Shown: positions 47,490-58,342, counted from the first letter of the stretch. The stretch is DNA of 64,000 nt from Ignavibacteria bacterium (GCA_037440445.1 JBBIUA010000010.1:13734-77733), one strand, 5' to 3'. Notes: a model not told the origin generated them from the sequence alone. Translations and numbers: made by a program.

Positions 47490-49208
47490 ATGCTTCAAAG
47501 CCTTTACATAAAAAATTTCGCACTAATAGATGAAATTTCAATAGATTTCGAGGCAGGCTTAAACATTATCCTTGGTGAAACAGGGGCTGGCAAATCAATC
47601 ATCATCGACGCCTTGATGACCACACTTGGAGAAAGAACTTCACCAGAATTAGTCAAAAGTGGCACAAACAAAGCAATTGTCGAAGCAATCTTTACAATAG
47701 ACAACCCAGAACTTTTCAAATTGTTCCTGGATGAATTTGAGGAAGAAACTAAAGATACTTTGATACTCCGCCGGGAGATTTCTTCAAAAGGACAATCCCG
47801 ATGTTTTGTCAACGATTCGCCTATGCCATTGAACAAAGTTAGAGAGATTGGAACTTATCTTGTTGATTTTCACGGTCAACATTCCCACCAACAATTGCTT
47901 TCGCCAAAATTCCAATTAAATTTAATTGATAGCCTTTCTGATACAAAAACATTATTAGAAATTTATTCAAAATTGAAAAGAGAACTCGAAGTTCAAATTG
48001 AAGAAATCCAAAACCTAAAAGATGACTTTAAAAAATATTCCCAAGACAAAGAAATCTTTGAATATGAACTGAATGAAATAATAAGGATAAATCCACAACC
48101 CAATGAACTTCAAAGAATTGAAAACGAACTAAAAAAACTTGAAAATTTTGAGTTATTAATAAACGGTCTCGAAGAAATTTACGAGAAACTTTACAAATCC
48201 AAAACTTCTGTTATCGACATACTTTCGTCAATCTCCAAGAAACTAAATACTTTGGCTCGCTACGACGAAACATTATTAACCTATTTGAATCAAATTGAAG
48301 GAATTATCGAAACTCTTTCAGAGATTTCAAAAGATATTTCAAAAAGGAACGAAGAAATTAATTTTGAACCTGAATACATTGAAAATCTTCGTCGTAGGAT
48401 TTCCGATTTAAAATACCTTGAAAAAAAATATATTAGTTACGAAAACATATTTATTGAAAAAGAGAAGTTAGAAAAAATAATTCAAAGCACAAACAACACC
48501 GAAAAATTAATACAGGATAAGGAAAAAGAAATAATTAAGTTGAAAGAAGAAATATCAAAGGTGGCACAAGAACTTCACCAAAAACGACAAAAAGGTATTG
48601 CGATTTTAGTGAACAAAATCCCAGAGATACTCAACGAATTGGGAATGAAAAATATTATTTTTGAGGTCCAAACATATCAAGAAATTTCACCCAGTAATAA
48701 TATTGAAGATTTATGCACAGAAATCAATAACCAATTTTTTAGACTCTTATCAAATGGAATTGATTCAGTTGAATTTTTAATAGCAACAAACCCCAACACT
48801 AAGCCAATGCCCTTGGAAAACATTGCCTCTGGCGGGGAACTTTCTCGGATTATGCTTGCTTTAAAAAGTATTTCAGCAGAGAAGCACAAATTCCCAACAA
48901 TGATTTTCGATGAAATTGATGTCGGAATTAGCGGAAAAATTGCTTCTAAAACTGCTCAATTGATGAAAAAGTTGGCTTCGAACCATCAAGTAATTGCTAT
49001 AACCCACCTTCCACAAATTGCTTCTGCTGGACAAAATACAATTTTGGTTGAAAAACTTTCTGGAGAAAACACAATTATCCGCGCAAGCAGATTGAACCAA
49101 GAACAAAAGATTGTTGAAATAGCCCGTTTATTAAGCGGAGAAAAAGTAACCGAATCCGCTCTTGAAAATGCTCGAAAGTTAATAGAAGAAACTAACAAAT
49201 TAGAATAA
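47490..49208 (+). CDS. recN: DNA repair protein RecN
   Basis: GETGAGKSII, HGQH, ASGGELSRIMLA, FDEIDVGISG, ITHLPQIA, EIARLLSG. Confidence 0.96.
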   Translation: MLQSLYIKNFALIDEISIDFEAGLNIILGETGAGKSIIIDALMTTLGERTSPELVKSGTNKAIVEAIFTIDNPELFKLFLDEFEEETKDTLILRREISSKGQSRCFVNDSPMPLNKVREIGTYLVDFHGQHSHQQLLSPKFQLNLIDSLSDTKTLLEIYSKLKRELEVQIEEIQNLKDDFKKYSQDKEIFEYELNEIIRINPQPNELQRIENELKKLENFELLINGLEEIYEKLYKSKTSVIDILSSISKKLNTLARYDETLLTYLNQIEGIIETLSEISKDISKRNEEINFEPEYIENLRRRISDLKYLEKKYISYENIFIEKEKLEKIIQSTNNTEKLIQDKEKEIIKLKEEISKVAQELHQKRQKGIAILVNKIPEILNELGMKNIIFEVQTYQEISPSNNIEDLCTEINNQFFRLLSNGIDSVEFLIATNPNTKPMPLENIASGGELSRIMLALKSISAEKHKFPTMIFDEIDVGISGKIASKTAQLMKKLASNHQVIAITHLPQIASAGQNTILVEKLSGENTIIRASRLNQEQKIVEIARLLSGEKVTESALENARKLIEETNKLE

Positions 49209-49906
49209 TGAAATTCGCCACTAAACCTAAATTCATTATTTTCTTACTCTTACTGAATCTTTTGCTAATCCAACATACAATTGGAAGACTAATTATCTAC
49301 CCATTTGTAATCTTAAGTACATGGTTTCACGAAATTGGGCATAGTTTGGCTGCTTTATTGCTAGGTGGCGAAGTTGTCAAAATAGAGATTTTTTATGATG
49401 GCAGTGGTGTTGCCTACCATACTAATACAAGCATTTGGGGAAATTTTGGTAGAGCACTTGTTGCACTAAGTGGACCACTTTTCCCACCCATAGTTGGCTA
49501 TTTTTTTATTTCAACTTCAACTACAAAGAAATTGTCCAAACTTATGATATTTATATTGTCTGTAACCATAATTTTCAGTGTTATATTCTGGGTAAGAAAC
49601 TTTTTCGGGGTTTTCTTTCTGTTGCTTATATCCCTATTTTTAGTTTACACTACTTTAACGCAAAGAGAGACTTTTTTAGTTGTTGTTTCACGCATCATTG
49701 GAGTTCAAGCTTTTATTAGTGTGTATTTGAGTATTGGATATTTATTTTCAACAAGTGGAATTGTTAACCAATCTTCTTTCGCCTCCGATACAGAAATAGT
49801 TGCTCAAAATCTACTTTTACCAAATTGGTTTTGGGGAACTCTGATAATTGTTATTACTTTAATTTTACTTTATTTGGCACTTAAAAGCGTGTTAAAGAAA
49901 AATTAA
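49208..49906 (+). CDS. Peptidase M50B-like membrane metalloprotease
   Basis: WFHEIGH (HEXXH), LLGG, GPL, SD motif; multiple TM segments. Confidence 0.85.
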   Translation: MKFATKPKFIIFLLLLNLLLIQHTIGRLIIYPFVILSTWFHEIGHSLAALLLGGEVVKIEIFYDGSGVAYHTNTSIWGNFGRALVALSGPLFPPIVGYFFISTSTTKKLSKLMIFILSVTIIFSVIFWVRNFFGVFFLLLISLFLVYTTLTQRETFLVVVSRIIGVQAFISVYLSIGYLFSTSGIVNQSSFASDTEIVAQNLLLPNWFWGTLIIVITLILLYLALKSVLKKN

Positions 49907-50895
49907 ACCACCTCCCCAATAATCCAATAGGTTACTTTTTCTTTCAATTCATCTATAACTTTATCTAAATTTTCCTTTGAAACAATTAATATCATTCCAA
50001 TTCCAAGATTGAATACGCTTCGCATTTCTTCGTTTTCAATTTCTCCAACTTTTTGAATAAGTTTAAAAATAGGTGGTATTTCCCAGGATTCCCAGTCAAT
50101 ATGTAAAGTCAAATTTGGGGGTAATATTCTACGAGTATTTCCAAGTATTCCACCTCCAGTTATATGAGAAATTCCGTTAATCAAGGATTTTTGAACCAAT
50201 GGATATACAATATTTAAGTAAGATTTATGGACTTTAAGTAGCTCCTCTCCAAGATAATTGGAAAGTTCAGGAACGTACTCATCTATTTTGAATTTATTTA
50301 GTAAAACATTCCTTGCAAGCGAGTAGCCATTAGTGTGTAATCCATTGGAAGCCAATCCAACTAAAACATCTCCTTTTTTTATATTTCGACCGTCGATAAC
50401 CTTTTTCTTTTCTACAACTCCAACGATTGTACCAGACAAATCATATTCACCATTGGAATAAAACGAGGGCATTTCGGCGGTTTCCCCTCCAATTAAAGCA
50501 CAATTGTTTTCGCGACATGCTTTTACCAAACCACTGACAACTAGGTAGGCAACATCAACATTCAACTTGCCAGTTGCAAAGTAATCAAGGAAGAATAGAG
50601 GTTTGGCTCCAGCGGTTAATATATCATTGACACAGTGGTTTACAAGGCACTGCCCAATCGTATCGTGTTTATTCATTAAAAATGCAATTTTTAGTTTGGT
50701 TCCAACTCCGTCAGTGCTCGAGATAAGGACAGGATGTTGGTATTCTTCGAATCTTCCATCGTAAAAACCTCCAAAAAGACCAAGGTCGCTTAAAACTTTT
50801 TCGTTGAAAGTTGAGCGAACAAGAGACCTAATTCTTTCAACTGTTTTTTCTCCTGCTTCAATATCCACACCGCTTTGCTTGTAAGTATAACCCAT
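49903..50895 (-). CDS. purM: Phosphoribosylformylglycinamidine cyclo-ligase
   Basis: Y..SGVDI, STDGVGTK, PLFFLDY, GGETAEMP, SNGLHTNGYSL, HITGGG, FNLGIG; start adjusted to ATG 50895. Confidence 0.96.
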   Translation of the reverse strand: MGYTYKQSGVDIEAGEKTVERIRSLVRSTFNEKVLSDLGLFGGFYDGRFEEYQHPVLISSTDGVGTKLKIAFLMNKHDTIGQCLVNHCVNDILTAGAKPLFFLDYFATGKLNVDVAYLVVSGLVKACRENNCALIGGETAEMPSFYSNGEYDLSGTIVGVVEKKKVIDGRNIKKGDVLVGLASNGLHTNGYSLARNVLLNKFKIDEYVPELSNYLGEELLKVHKSYLNIVYPLVQKSLINGISHITGGGILGNTRRILPPNLTLHIDWESWEIPPIFKLIQKVGEIENEEMRSVFNLGIGMILIVSKENLDKVIDELKEKVTYWIIGEVV

Positions 50896-50899
50896 AGAT

Positions 50900-53800
50900 T
50901 TATCCTTTATATTTTCCATTCATTTTAATTTGTTCAATTATTTTTGCAGTTCTTTCGGCTTTCAATACGAAAGAATCAAGTTTGGCTTCGATAACTTGCG
51001 GATAAGGATTGCCATCGGTTTCAATAGTTAAAAAGGGCAACGTTGTATCTCTTTCAATGAAATCGGGCAAATCATAATTTGGTTCATTCATTTTTCTTGC
51101 TTGAATTTTATTTACGACTCTCATTTCGGGAACACTTACTGCTTCGGCTAATCGTGTTGGCATACATCCAAAAGGTCCAACATTTACAACACCACAATAC
51201 TTCTCCAAAATATCTTTTAAAGCAATACCCAAAGTTAAACCAGGTTCCCCTTTGTATTCAAGAGGAATTATATGTTTGCTATGGTTCAATATTGGTTCTA
51301 TTAGAGTTTTTGAATATTCATAATAACCAGAGGTAGATAATATCTTTTTAATCCTATGTTCAGCAATTCGCATAAAAAGCACCCTTGTCCATCGTTCAAG
51401 CTTTTTGTGGAAGTCGCTTTCTGGCTCGAGAAGTTTTAGTTTCAAAAGGTAATCTACATAAAATATCCATTCGCTAATATATGCATCTTTAAGAACAAAA
51501 CCTTTAGAAGCAAAATATCGATTAAGATATTTATGTGCAAAATGGTCCCTACGGACATAGATTTCACCAACAAGAGCAATATAACGTGACTTATTTATTG
51601 GTATTTTACTTGGTACTTTCTTCTGAATATTTTTTGCAAAATTTTTTAATCCCTTGTATATTTTTTTAGGATAAAATTCAAAATATTCTAAAAGTTTATT
51701 GTATTCATCCATAAAAATTTTCAAGCCTTCCTCGGGATCTAATGAGTTAGCCATAATACCACTACGAATATCATCTAGAACATCACTGGTAATAATTGCT
51801 TGAATTCCACGCAGAGCAAAATCACCTCCTAAACCTGCAAAACCATCTTCATTCATTAGAACTAAAGTAGCAACATCGGGTATTTTTTTATCTCTAATTA
51901 AATTTCTTATGAAAACAGGATATTGACCAAGACGACAATTTCCAGCTCCTTGGACAATAAAATATGCAATTTTTTGCTTCTTATCCCATATATTTTCAAG
52001 ATAATTTAGCAGATGTCCAACCAACAATAATAGAGGAAGGCATTCTTTACCAGTTGCAACACTACGCGCTAATTTTAGAATTTCGGGGTCACTTTCGGGC
52101 ATAGGTTTTGCATTAAACCCCAAACCTCGAAGTGCAGAAGCAAACAGTGGCGCAGCTAAATCTCCCATCGAAGGAATTAATACATCAATTTCCTTGCTAC
52201 GAAGTGGAATTTTCCGTCCATCTGAACAAACAAAATAAGAGTCATCTCCAGAAAATTCTATTTCAGCAATCCTAAACTCTTGCCTTTCGACTTTAATTTG
52301 ATTCCGAACAGCCCGATAATTTTCAACGATGTCCAAAAATGCATCAATACGGGTATTTATTCCAGCATCGGCAGTGTGTTGGTCTAATTCTAAAGTTAAA
52401 GAAGGTTTAGTACCAATAATTCGTCGAAACTGAGGAATCAACAATGAATCGGGACCACAAGAAAAATTGGTCAAATAAACAGGGAATAATTGTGCGTTAT
52501 TGCGAATAACCTTTGCAGCTTTCAATATCTTTTTGCCTGCTTCCCAAAACTGACTTTCATCTAAGGTATAATTATCAACGGAAAGAAATTCATAAGGGAT
52601 AATATAAATTCCACGACTGGCAAATTTTTGAGGGACACCCTTGTTTGTATAACTTGTAAAGGAGTTGTAGGGTCTTCCAACCAAAACAACAGCAAATTTA
52701 TTTGGTTCACTTTGCAAAAATTCTAAAAACTTTTTACCTTCTTCTTTTACTTCGCTGTGGAATTTATTTTGCCAAAAAACTGCTTCCTCGAAAGCTTTAG
52801 TCGCTTTGGCTTCGTCCACCCCAAGTTGTTTTGCAATTTCTATAAATTTAGGCTTTTCAGCTTCGTATCCATTAGCAAAATTCAAATATTTTGTTAAAAT
52901 TTTATCCTTTAGGTCATAATCCTTAAATGCTTGTTTTAAATAGAAAGGTTCTCCACTAACAAATACACAACTCGAATTAAAATCTAAACGTTGTGGGGTT
53001 TCTTCCTCAGTCCACATTTCGAAAATTTCCGGAAGAAAAATGATGTCGGGTTGCTTGTCTAAAAGATTTTGAAACATACAAAGTGAAATTTGGGCAGGGT
53101 AACAAAAACTTGTATATTCCCTATCAAAACCTCTGGGGTCAGGATAATCAGGCAAAATAACACGAAAGCCAATTTTAGAAAAGAAATTTGAAAACAAAGG
53201 TAATAGAGTAAATATATGATAAGATAAATTTAAACCAATCGTTCTTGTTTCATTTCCTTCTGGGAAAGAAATAGAAGAATTATTAAATAAAATTTCATTT
53301 CTTTTAGCCACAAAATCATATTCTTCAATAATAAAATGTTTGTTATACAATAGATTATAGAACTTATTACATGCCCCTCCAAAAGGAAACGTTTTTGCAT
53401 TGACCACTATTCTATTAATCGAACAACGTAAATCGCATTTTTCTTTACCTCCCATACAAACAAACGGTGTTTTATACTCCACCTCTCTGGTGGCAAGTTC
53501 CTCCAACGAAAATTCTTGGGGTTCGAGAAGTCCGTGTTGAATTTTTTCTTTCACCTGCAAAGCAACTCCGAAAGCACCCATCAAACCAGGCTCGGGTGGA
53601 ACTATTATTCTCTTTCCAAGCAAACCTGCCATTGCAATAGGAATGGCTTTGTTATAACAAACACCCCCTTGCATAAAAATAACTTCACCAACTTGACGGT
53701 TCCCCTTTACCCTATTGATGTAATTCAAACATATAGAATAAACAAGGCCTGCAATAATGTCTTCGCGACTTAGATTCTCATTTTGTGCAGTCTTAATATC

Positions 53801-55222
53801 GGAACTAATAAATGCTGCACATTGGTCACTGAAATTAGGAGGATTTTTAGCCCGAAGTGCTATCTCTTCAATCTCTTCGGTCTTTATACCAAATGATTCA
53901 AATGCAGATTCTTCGATAAATGAACCAGTACCAGCGGAACAGGCTTCATTCATTGCATAATCTGCTGGTACTTTATTAACAAGGTATGTGTATTTAGCAT
54001 CCTGTCCTCCAATTTCAAAAATTGTGTCGACTTTTGGATCGAAATATAAAGCAGCAGTTGCATGAGCTATAATCTCGTTAAATATTCCACGAGTTAATGC
54101 ATGTAATCCAGTAACTTGTCTCCCTGAACCAGTAGTCCCGAGCCCAATTATTTTAATCTTTTTATTGCCGATTTGCTTTGCAAATTCTGAATATACTTTC
54201 TTAGCAGCCCTAATTGGTTCACCGTGCGTATATAGATAAGAGGAGGCAAGAATTTTATTATCGTCGACTCGAATAATAACTCCTTTGGTCGTTGTTGAAC
54301 CAACATCTAATCCAATAATACAAACATCACCATCTTTTGCCTCTCCGCGTTCGAAACTTTTGAATTCAACCAAATCTCGAAATTCGTAAATTGGTCGATG
54401 AAAAACGAAAGAACTTTCTTTTTCTTTAAATAAATTCGAAAAGTTAAACCCAAATGACTTATGATTTTGAAAACAATTAATTGCAGCACCAAGAGCTTCG
54501 AAATACGTTGCTTCTTTTGGAATAACAAATTCAAAATCCTTTTGAAGTAAATGCTTTATTAATAATTGATTCTTTGTAACCCCTCCAAGTAATAAGACTT
54601 TCCCTTTTGGAACTTTATAAAGTAATTCCTCAACTTTGTTAGCCATCATCAATGCAAGACCAGCGAGAACTTCTTCTTTTGGAATTCCTTTGTTTAAAGC
54701 GTGAGTACAATCCGATTTACAAAATACTGAACACCTTCCCGAAACTTTAAAAGGAGAAACATTATTTTGAAATTTCGATAAGTCTTCAATTCCTATATTC
54801 ATTCGTTTGATTTGCTGAAGAAAAAACTCTCCAGTCCCCGAAGCACACTGATTACGGGTTACAATGTCCGTAATATTTCCTGTTTTATCAAGAATGTAAA
54901 CAATAAAAGTTTCACTTCCTAAAGAGGCTATTGCTGATATACCATTTTTATTTGGATAAAGAAATTTAAATGCAATTTCAGTTGCCTCGGCTTCGGAGAT
55001 ATTGGGAAGGTTAATTATGTTCCTTATTTTTCTTCCAGTTACAACAACAGGAAAATTTTGTGGATTTAATAAACGAATTTGTTTTTCGAAAACTTCTCTT
55101 GGTAAACCATTGTGGTTAAAAGAATATACTTTACTAATTTCAAAATCTTTGGTAGAGTTCGAAACAAGTTCAACAAAAGTTATAGTTGAAGCACCAACAC
55201 AAACACCAAAAAATTTATTCAT
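50900..55222 (-). CDS. Fused CoA-activase x2 + DUF2229/2-hydroxyacyl-CoA dehydratase-like protein (PlsA/Ger-like)
   Basis: Two ASKHA activase modules (QCASGTG/RCSVFCKSD; GLDVGSTTTK, EIGGQDAK, ACSAGTGSF, QCAAF), then CYP, FSCGPD, ELDQH, KECLP, CRLGQY, PFGCMP. Confidence 0.85.
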   Translation of the reverse strand: MNKFFGVCVGASTITFVELVSNSTKDFEISKVYSFNHNGLPREVFEKQIRLLNPQNFPVVVTGRKIRNIINLPNISEAEATEIAFKFLYPNKNGISAIASLGSETFIVYILDKTGNITDIVTRNQCASGTGEFFLQQIKRMNIGIEDLSKFQNNVSPFKVSGRCSVFCKSDCTHALNKGIPKEEVLAGLALMMANKVEELLYKVPKGKVLLLGGVTKNQLLIKHLLQKDFEFVIPKEATYFEALGAAINCFQNHKSFGFNFSNLFKEKESSFVFHRPIYEFRDLVEFKSFERGEAKDGDVCIIGLDVGSTTTKGVIIRVDDNKILASSYLYTHGEPIRAAKKVYSEFAKQIGNKKIKIIGLGTTGSGRQVTGLHALTRGIFNEIIAHATAALYFDPKVDTIFEIGGQDAKYTYLVNKVPADYAMNEACSAGTGSFIEESAFESFGIKTEEIEEIALRAKNPPNFSDQCAAFISSDIKTAQNENLSREDIIAGLVYSICLNYINRVKGNRQVGEVIFMQGGVCYNKAIPIAMAGLLGKRIIVPPEPGLMGAFGVALQVKEKIQHGLLEPQEFSLEELATREVEYKTPFVCMGGKEKCDLRCSINRIVVNAKTFPFGGACNKFYNLLYNKHFIIEEYDFVAKRNEILFNNSSISFPEGNETRTIGLNLSYHIFTLLPLFSNFFSKIGFRVILPDYPDPRGFDREYTSFCYPAQISLCMFQNLLDKQPDIIFLPEIFEMWTEEETPQRLDFNSSCVFVSGEPFYLKQAFKDYDLKDKILTKYLNFANGYEAEKPKFIEIAKQLGVDEAKATKAFEEAVFWQNKFHSEVKEEGKKFLEFLQSEPNKFAVVLVGRPYNSFTSYTNKGVPQKFASRGIYIIPYEFLSVDNYTLDESQFWEAGKKILKAAKVIRNNAQLFPVYLTNFSCGPDSLLIPQFRRIIGTKPSLTLELDQHTADAGINTRIDAFLDIVENYRAVRNQIKVERQEFRIAEIEFSGDDSYFVCSDGRKIPLRSKEIDVLIPSMGDLAAPLFASALRGLGFNAKPMPESDPEILKLARSVATGKECLPLLLLVGHLLNYLENIWDKKQKIAYFIVQGAGNCRLGQYPVFIRNLIRDKKIPDVATLVLMNEDGFAGLGGDFALRGIQAIITSDVLDDIRSGIMANSLDPEEGLKIFMDEYNKLLEYFEFYPKKIYKGLKNFAKNIQKKVPSKIPINKSRYIALVGEIYVRRDHFAHKYLNRYFASKGFVLKDAYISEWIFYVDYLLKLKLLEPESDFHKKLERWTRVLFMRIAEHRIKKILSTSGYYEYSKTLIEPILNHSKHIIPLEYKGEPGLTLGIALKDILEKYCGVVNVGPFGCMPTRLAEAVSVPEMRVVNKIQARKMNEPNYDLPDFIERDTTLPFLTIETDGNPYPQVIEAKLDSFVLKAERTAKIIEQIKMNGKYKG

Positions 55223-55241
55223 AAAGAAATTACCACCAAAA

Positions 55242-56090
55242 TTATCTTATAGGTTCCCAGTCGTTAGAAAATGATTTGTTAAATAGCATAACAAAAATGC
55301 CATTCAAAAGCCAACGAATAAGAATTCTAATGTACCCATACTTTCGATATCGCCGAGGTGATTCATAAACACAAATTTCATCGACAAAACGAATTTTACC
55401 AATTTTTGCCAATCTTCGGTACAAATCAAAATCTTCGCCGGCAGAAATCTTTGGATTATACCCACCAACCTTCCAAAAAAATTCTTTGCGAACTACTTGG
55501 CATTCGCCACGACCCATTCCCAAGCCAATTGTATTTAAAAATCGAACATAATTATTATGAAAAAAGTAAAACAATTTGTCCTTCCAATTTTCTTCGTCAG
55601 GAAAGCCACGAACCTTAAAAGCAAGTGCAATTTCTTTGGGATTGTTCTCTTCCCATTCCAAAATAAACGAAAACCATTTTTCAACATCCGAAGGAACTGT
55701 ATCGCCATTGATAAAAACAAGAATATTGCCCGATGCAATCTCCGCACCACGATTCCTTCCTTCTGCTATCGTCTGCCGATAATGTGCTTTATGAACAACT
55801 ACTTTGGAAGTGAACTTTTTCGCAATTTCAACTGTTTTATCTGTACTTCCTCCATCACTTATAATGAGTTCAGCAGAATATTTGTTTAAAATTGATGGCT
55901 TGTAATTAGATAAAACCCCAGGAAGTAATTTTTCTTCTTCAAAAACCGGTATTATAATACTTATTTTGGGATTAAAAAAGAAATTAAAATCTTTTTTGAA
56001 TTTATCAACATGCTCAATCTCAACATAGTTTAAGATGGTTTTTCCTATTTCGTGGTGCATTTTGTACAAAGTCATACAAATAAAAAGCAA
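55242..56090 (-). CDS. Glycosyltransferase family 2 (start probably ATG 56075 or 56060)
   Basis: ISIIIPVFEEE, SDGGSTD, GRNRGA, GGYN...GEDFDL, SPRRY. Confidence 0.88.
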   Translation of the reverse strand: MLFICMTLYKMHHEIGKTILNYVEIEHVDKFKKDFNFFFNPKISIIIPVFEEEKLLPGVLSNYKPSILNKYSAELIISDGGSTDKTVEIAKKFTSKVVVHKAHYRQTIAEGRNRGAEIASGNILVFINGDTVPSDVEKWFSFILEWEENNPKEIALAFKVRGFPDEENWKDKLFYFFHNNYVRFLNTIGLGMGRGECQVVRKEFFWKVGGYNPKISAGEDFDLYRRLAKIGKIRFVDEICVYESPRRYRKYGYIRILIRWLLNGIFVMLFNKSFSNDWEPIR

Positions 56091-56110
56091 ACTTAATAAA
56101 ATTCAAGGAA

Positions 56111-57136
56111 TTAAAAATTGATTGAACCAATTCGTATTGGGAATGGATATATTAAATAAAAACGAACAGGTTTACCAATTTCGATAGCAGGACTGGGCAG
56201 TTTAAAATAATTTAAAGATTGTTTTAGCCAGTTCCAAAAATTCCCTCCATCGGGAAGTAATTTAACTAAATCGTAGTCAAGAGCTATTATCAATTTTCTA
56301 TTTCCCCAAACATATGATCTAACGGGTTCGGAAACCTCTGGATTACATTTTAAAGAACTATCGAGAGGATTGCAAAGATTTCTTACGGCATAACCCAATG
56401 AAATTTCCAACCAATTTGGTAAATATTTCCCAATGCTTTTAGGCAAAAGATTTTGAAGGTTAAAGCTAATCCAAAAAGTGTGGGCACTATAATCATCTAT
56501 AAACATTGTCGAAGGTTTTCGGGAAAAGGAATTGAACCAGCGAGGTGGAAAATACATAAATTTTGGTGTAAAGTTCTGAAAAAAAGGCAAGAATGAATAA
56601 CCAAGATAAAAAATTGTACCACTTATGTCAGCATAAAAGTCAGATGGTGAAAACCCCCAATCTTTTGCAAAACCATCCAAAATTTCGACATAAGCAGTAT
56701 AGCCAAAACCTAATACAGTACCAATAATATTAGACCAATTATAGTCGAAGCCACATTCTATTAAGGATTGCGAAAGAACATACGATGAAAGGAAAGTCCC
56801 ATAAAAATGCCCAATTTTATCTACATACAGTGCATATTCCCCATCTTCGGCAAAGTGGAAACTGCTTTTATTTTTCCAAATTGTTTGGGTTTGCCCGATA
56901 TGTTGAAGAATAAAAACACCCGTATAGGCAGCAGAAAAAGTAATAATTGGAATTGGCTTGATTTTTGTTCTTTTTTGTATTTCAAAACCCGAAATGTGAT
57001 AAAATGGCTTATCGGCTATTTTATATGTTAAGAAAGTGGTATCAATTTTGTTCTCCCAACTTTCCAGGGCAAAAAGTGAATAATTCGCCAAAATTAACAT
57101 TAATAAAAAAAAGGACTTACGCCTTTGAATACCCAT
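56111..57136 (-). CDS. DUF2279/YfiM-like protein
   Basis: Signal peptide; DKIGHFY, VEILDGF..WGFS.SD, DYSAHTFW, LKLPSPA-like C-terminus. Confidence 0.7.
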   Translation of the reverse strand: MGIQRRKSFFLLMLILANYSLFALESWENKIDTTFLTYKIADKPFYHISGFEIQKRTKIKPIPIITFSAAYTGVFILQHIGQTQTIWKNKSSFHFAEDGEYALYVDKIGHFYGTFLSSYVLSQSLIECGFDYNWSNIIGTVLGFGYTAYVEILDGFAKDWGFSPSDFYADISGTIFYLGYSFLPFFQNFTPKFMYFPPRWFNSFSRKPSTMFIDDYSAHTFWISFNLQNLLPKSIGKYLPNWLEISLGYAVRNLCNPLDSSLKCNPEVSEPVRSYVWGNRKLIIALDYDLVKLLPDGGNFWNWLKQSLNYFKLPSPAIEIGKPVRFYLIYPFPIRIGSINF

Positions 57137-57182
57137 TTTTATGTAAATTAGATGTTCAGAAGAAGCAAAAATAAATTAAAAA

Positions 57183-58052
57183 ATGGAAACAATTTCGGAA
57201 ATATTGAAACAGACACGTGAAAAATTAAATTTATCCTTGAAGGAAGTTTCCGAAGCTACAAAAATTCGAGAATCAGTCTTGAATGCAATTGAAAACGGCA
57301 TTTTTAGTTATTTGCCAAGCATCTATATGCAATCATTTATTAAAGAATATATCGATTTTCTTGGCCTTGATTACTCGGAACTTAAACCTCAACTCGATTC
57401 GATTTTCAAATCGAAAACAATTAATGCAAGAGAAAAAAATTCACAAGTCCTGCTTTCCGACCATCAAAGAAAAGTTCCATACACTTCGCAACAATTAAAT
57501 AAAGTTCTTTACTTTGTTTATGCCGGACTATTTCTTTCAATTCTAGCAATAATTTATTTCTCTTTCTTTTATGAACCCGAGGAACTAAAACCACTTGAAA
57601 CACTTAAAACAACCGACACTTTCTCCTTATCCCCATCAAGTGTTCCTCAAACAACAGTCAAACAAGGATTGTCGCAGGATAGTATCAAATTAGAGTTTCT
57701 TGCCACTGATACTGTGTGGATTAATATTGTCATTGATAATAGAGTAACAGAAAAGACAGTACTTTATCCGAATAATCGAAAAGTCTGGAAAGCCCAAAAC
57801 TTTTTTAGATTCACTCTTGGAAATGCTGGGGGAATTATAATTCGCCGAAATGATGAACAATTACCTTCCTTAAGTAAAGAAAAAGTGGTAATTAAAAACA
57901 TAATTGTTACCCGAGATAAATTCTACGTAGAAACAAGCCCAAGAAAAACTCTAAGGCAAATAGAATCAACAAAACCGATTATTATTACCCCCACAGAAAT
58001 TAAAAGAGAAATTCCTATTTTAAAAGACACAAAAAAAACAATTATTCGGTAG
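57183..58052 (+). CDS. rodZ: RodZ-like protein (HTH - TM - DUF4115)
   Basis: LKQTREKLNLSL.EVS..TKI...L.AIENG, single TM, VWI...D, LGNAGG. Confidence 0.8.
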   Translation: METISEILKQTREKLNLSLKEVSEATKIRESVLNAIENGIFSYLPSIYMQSFIKEYIDFLGLDYSELKPQLDSIFKSKTINAREKNSQVLLSDHQRKVPYTSQQLNKVLYFVYAGLFLSILAIIYFSFFYEPEELKPLETLKTTDTFSLSPSSVPQTTVKQGLSQDSIKLEFLATDTVWINIVIDNRVTEKTVLYPNNRKVWKAQNFFRFTLGNAGGIIIRRNDEQLPSLSKEKVVIKNIIVTRDKFYVETSPRKTLRQIESTKPIIITPTEIKREIPILKDTKKTIIR

Positions 58053-58055
58053 ATG

Positions 58056-58129
<74 letters not shown>

Positions 58130-58141
58130 AAATTTAAAATA

Positions 58142-58149
58142 CAAAATTA
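58142..58149 (-). promoter_or_regulatory. TAnnTTTG (-7) promoter element for tRNA-Arg
   Basis: Reverse complement TAATTTTG, 12 nt upstream of the tRNA 5' end. Confidence 0.6.
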
Positions 58150-58233
58150 AGGAATTTTTAAATTTTTTTAAAAAACTTTTGTTAAACAGGTTTTTAAATC
58201 AACTTTATAAGCAATTAAAAAGAAAATTTTTAT

Positions 58234-58241
58234 TAATTTTG
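58234..58241 (+). promoter_or_regulatory. TAnnTTTG (-7) promoter element for SRP RNA
   Basis: TAATTTTG ending 4 nt before the GGGTC 5' stem of the SRP RNA. Confidence 0.65.
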
Positions 58242-58245
58242 TAGT

Positions 58246-58342
58246 GGGTCAGGTCCTATGCTTTCAAGACAAGCCCAACCCCGCCAGGTCCGGAAGGAAG
58301 CAACGGTCAGCTTGGACTTGAAGAGCATAGTAAACTTGACCC
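58246..58342 (+). ncRNA. ffs: Small bacterial signal recognition particle RNA (4.5S)
   Basis: Helix-8 signature CCAGGTCCGGAAGGAAGCAACGG; long closing stems GGGTCA/TGACCC, CTATGCT/AGCATAG, TTCAAG/CTTGAA; followed by a T-run. Confidence 0.95.
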
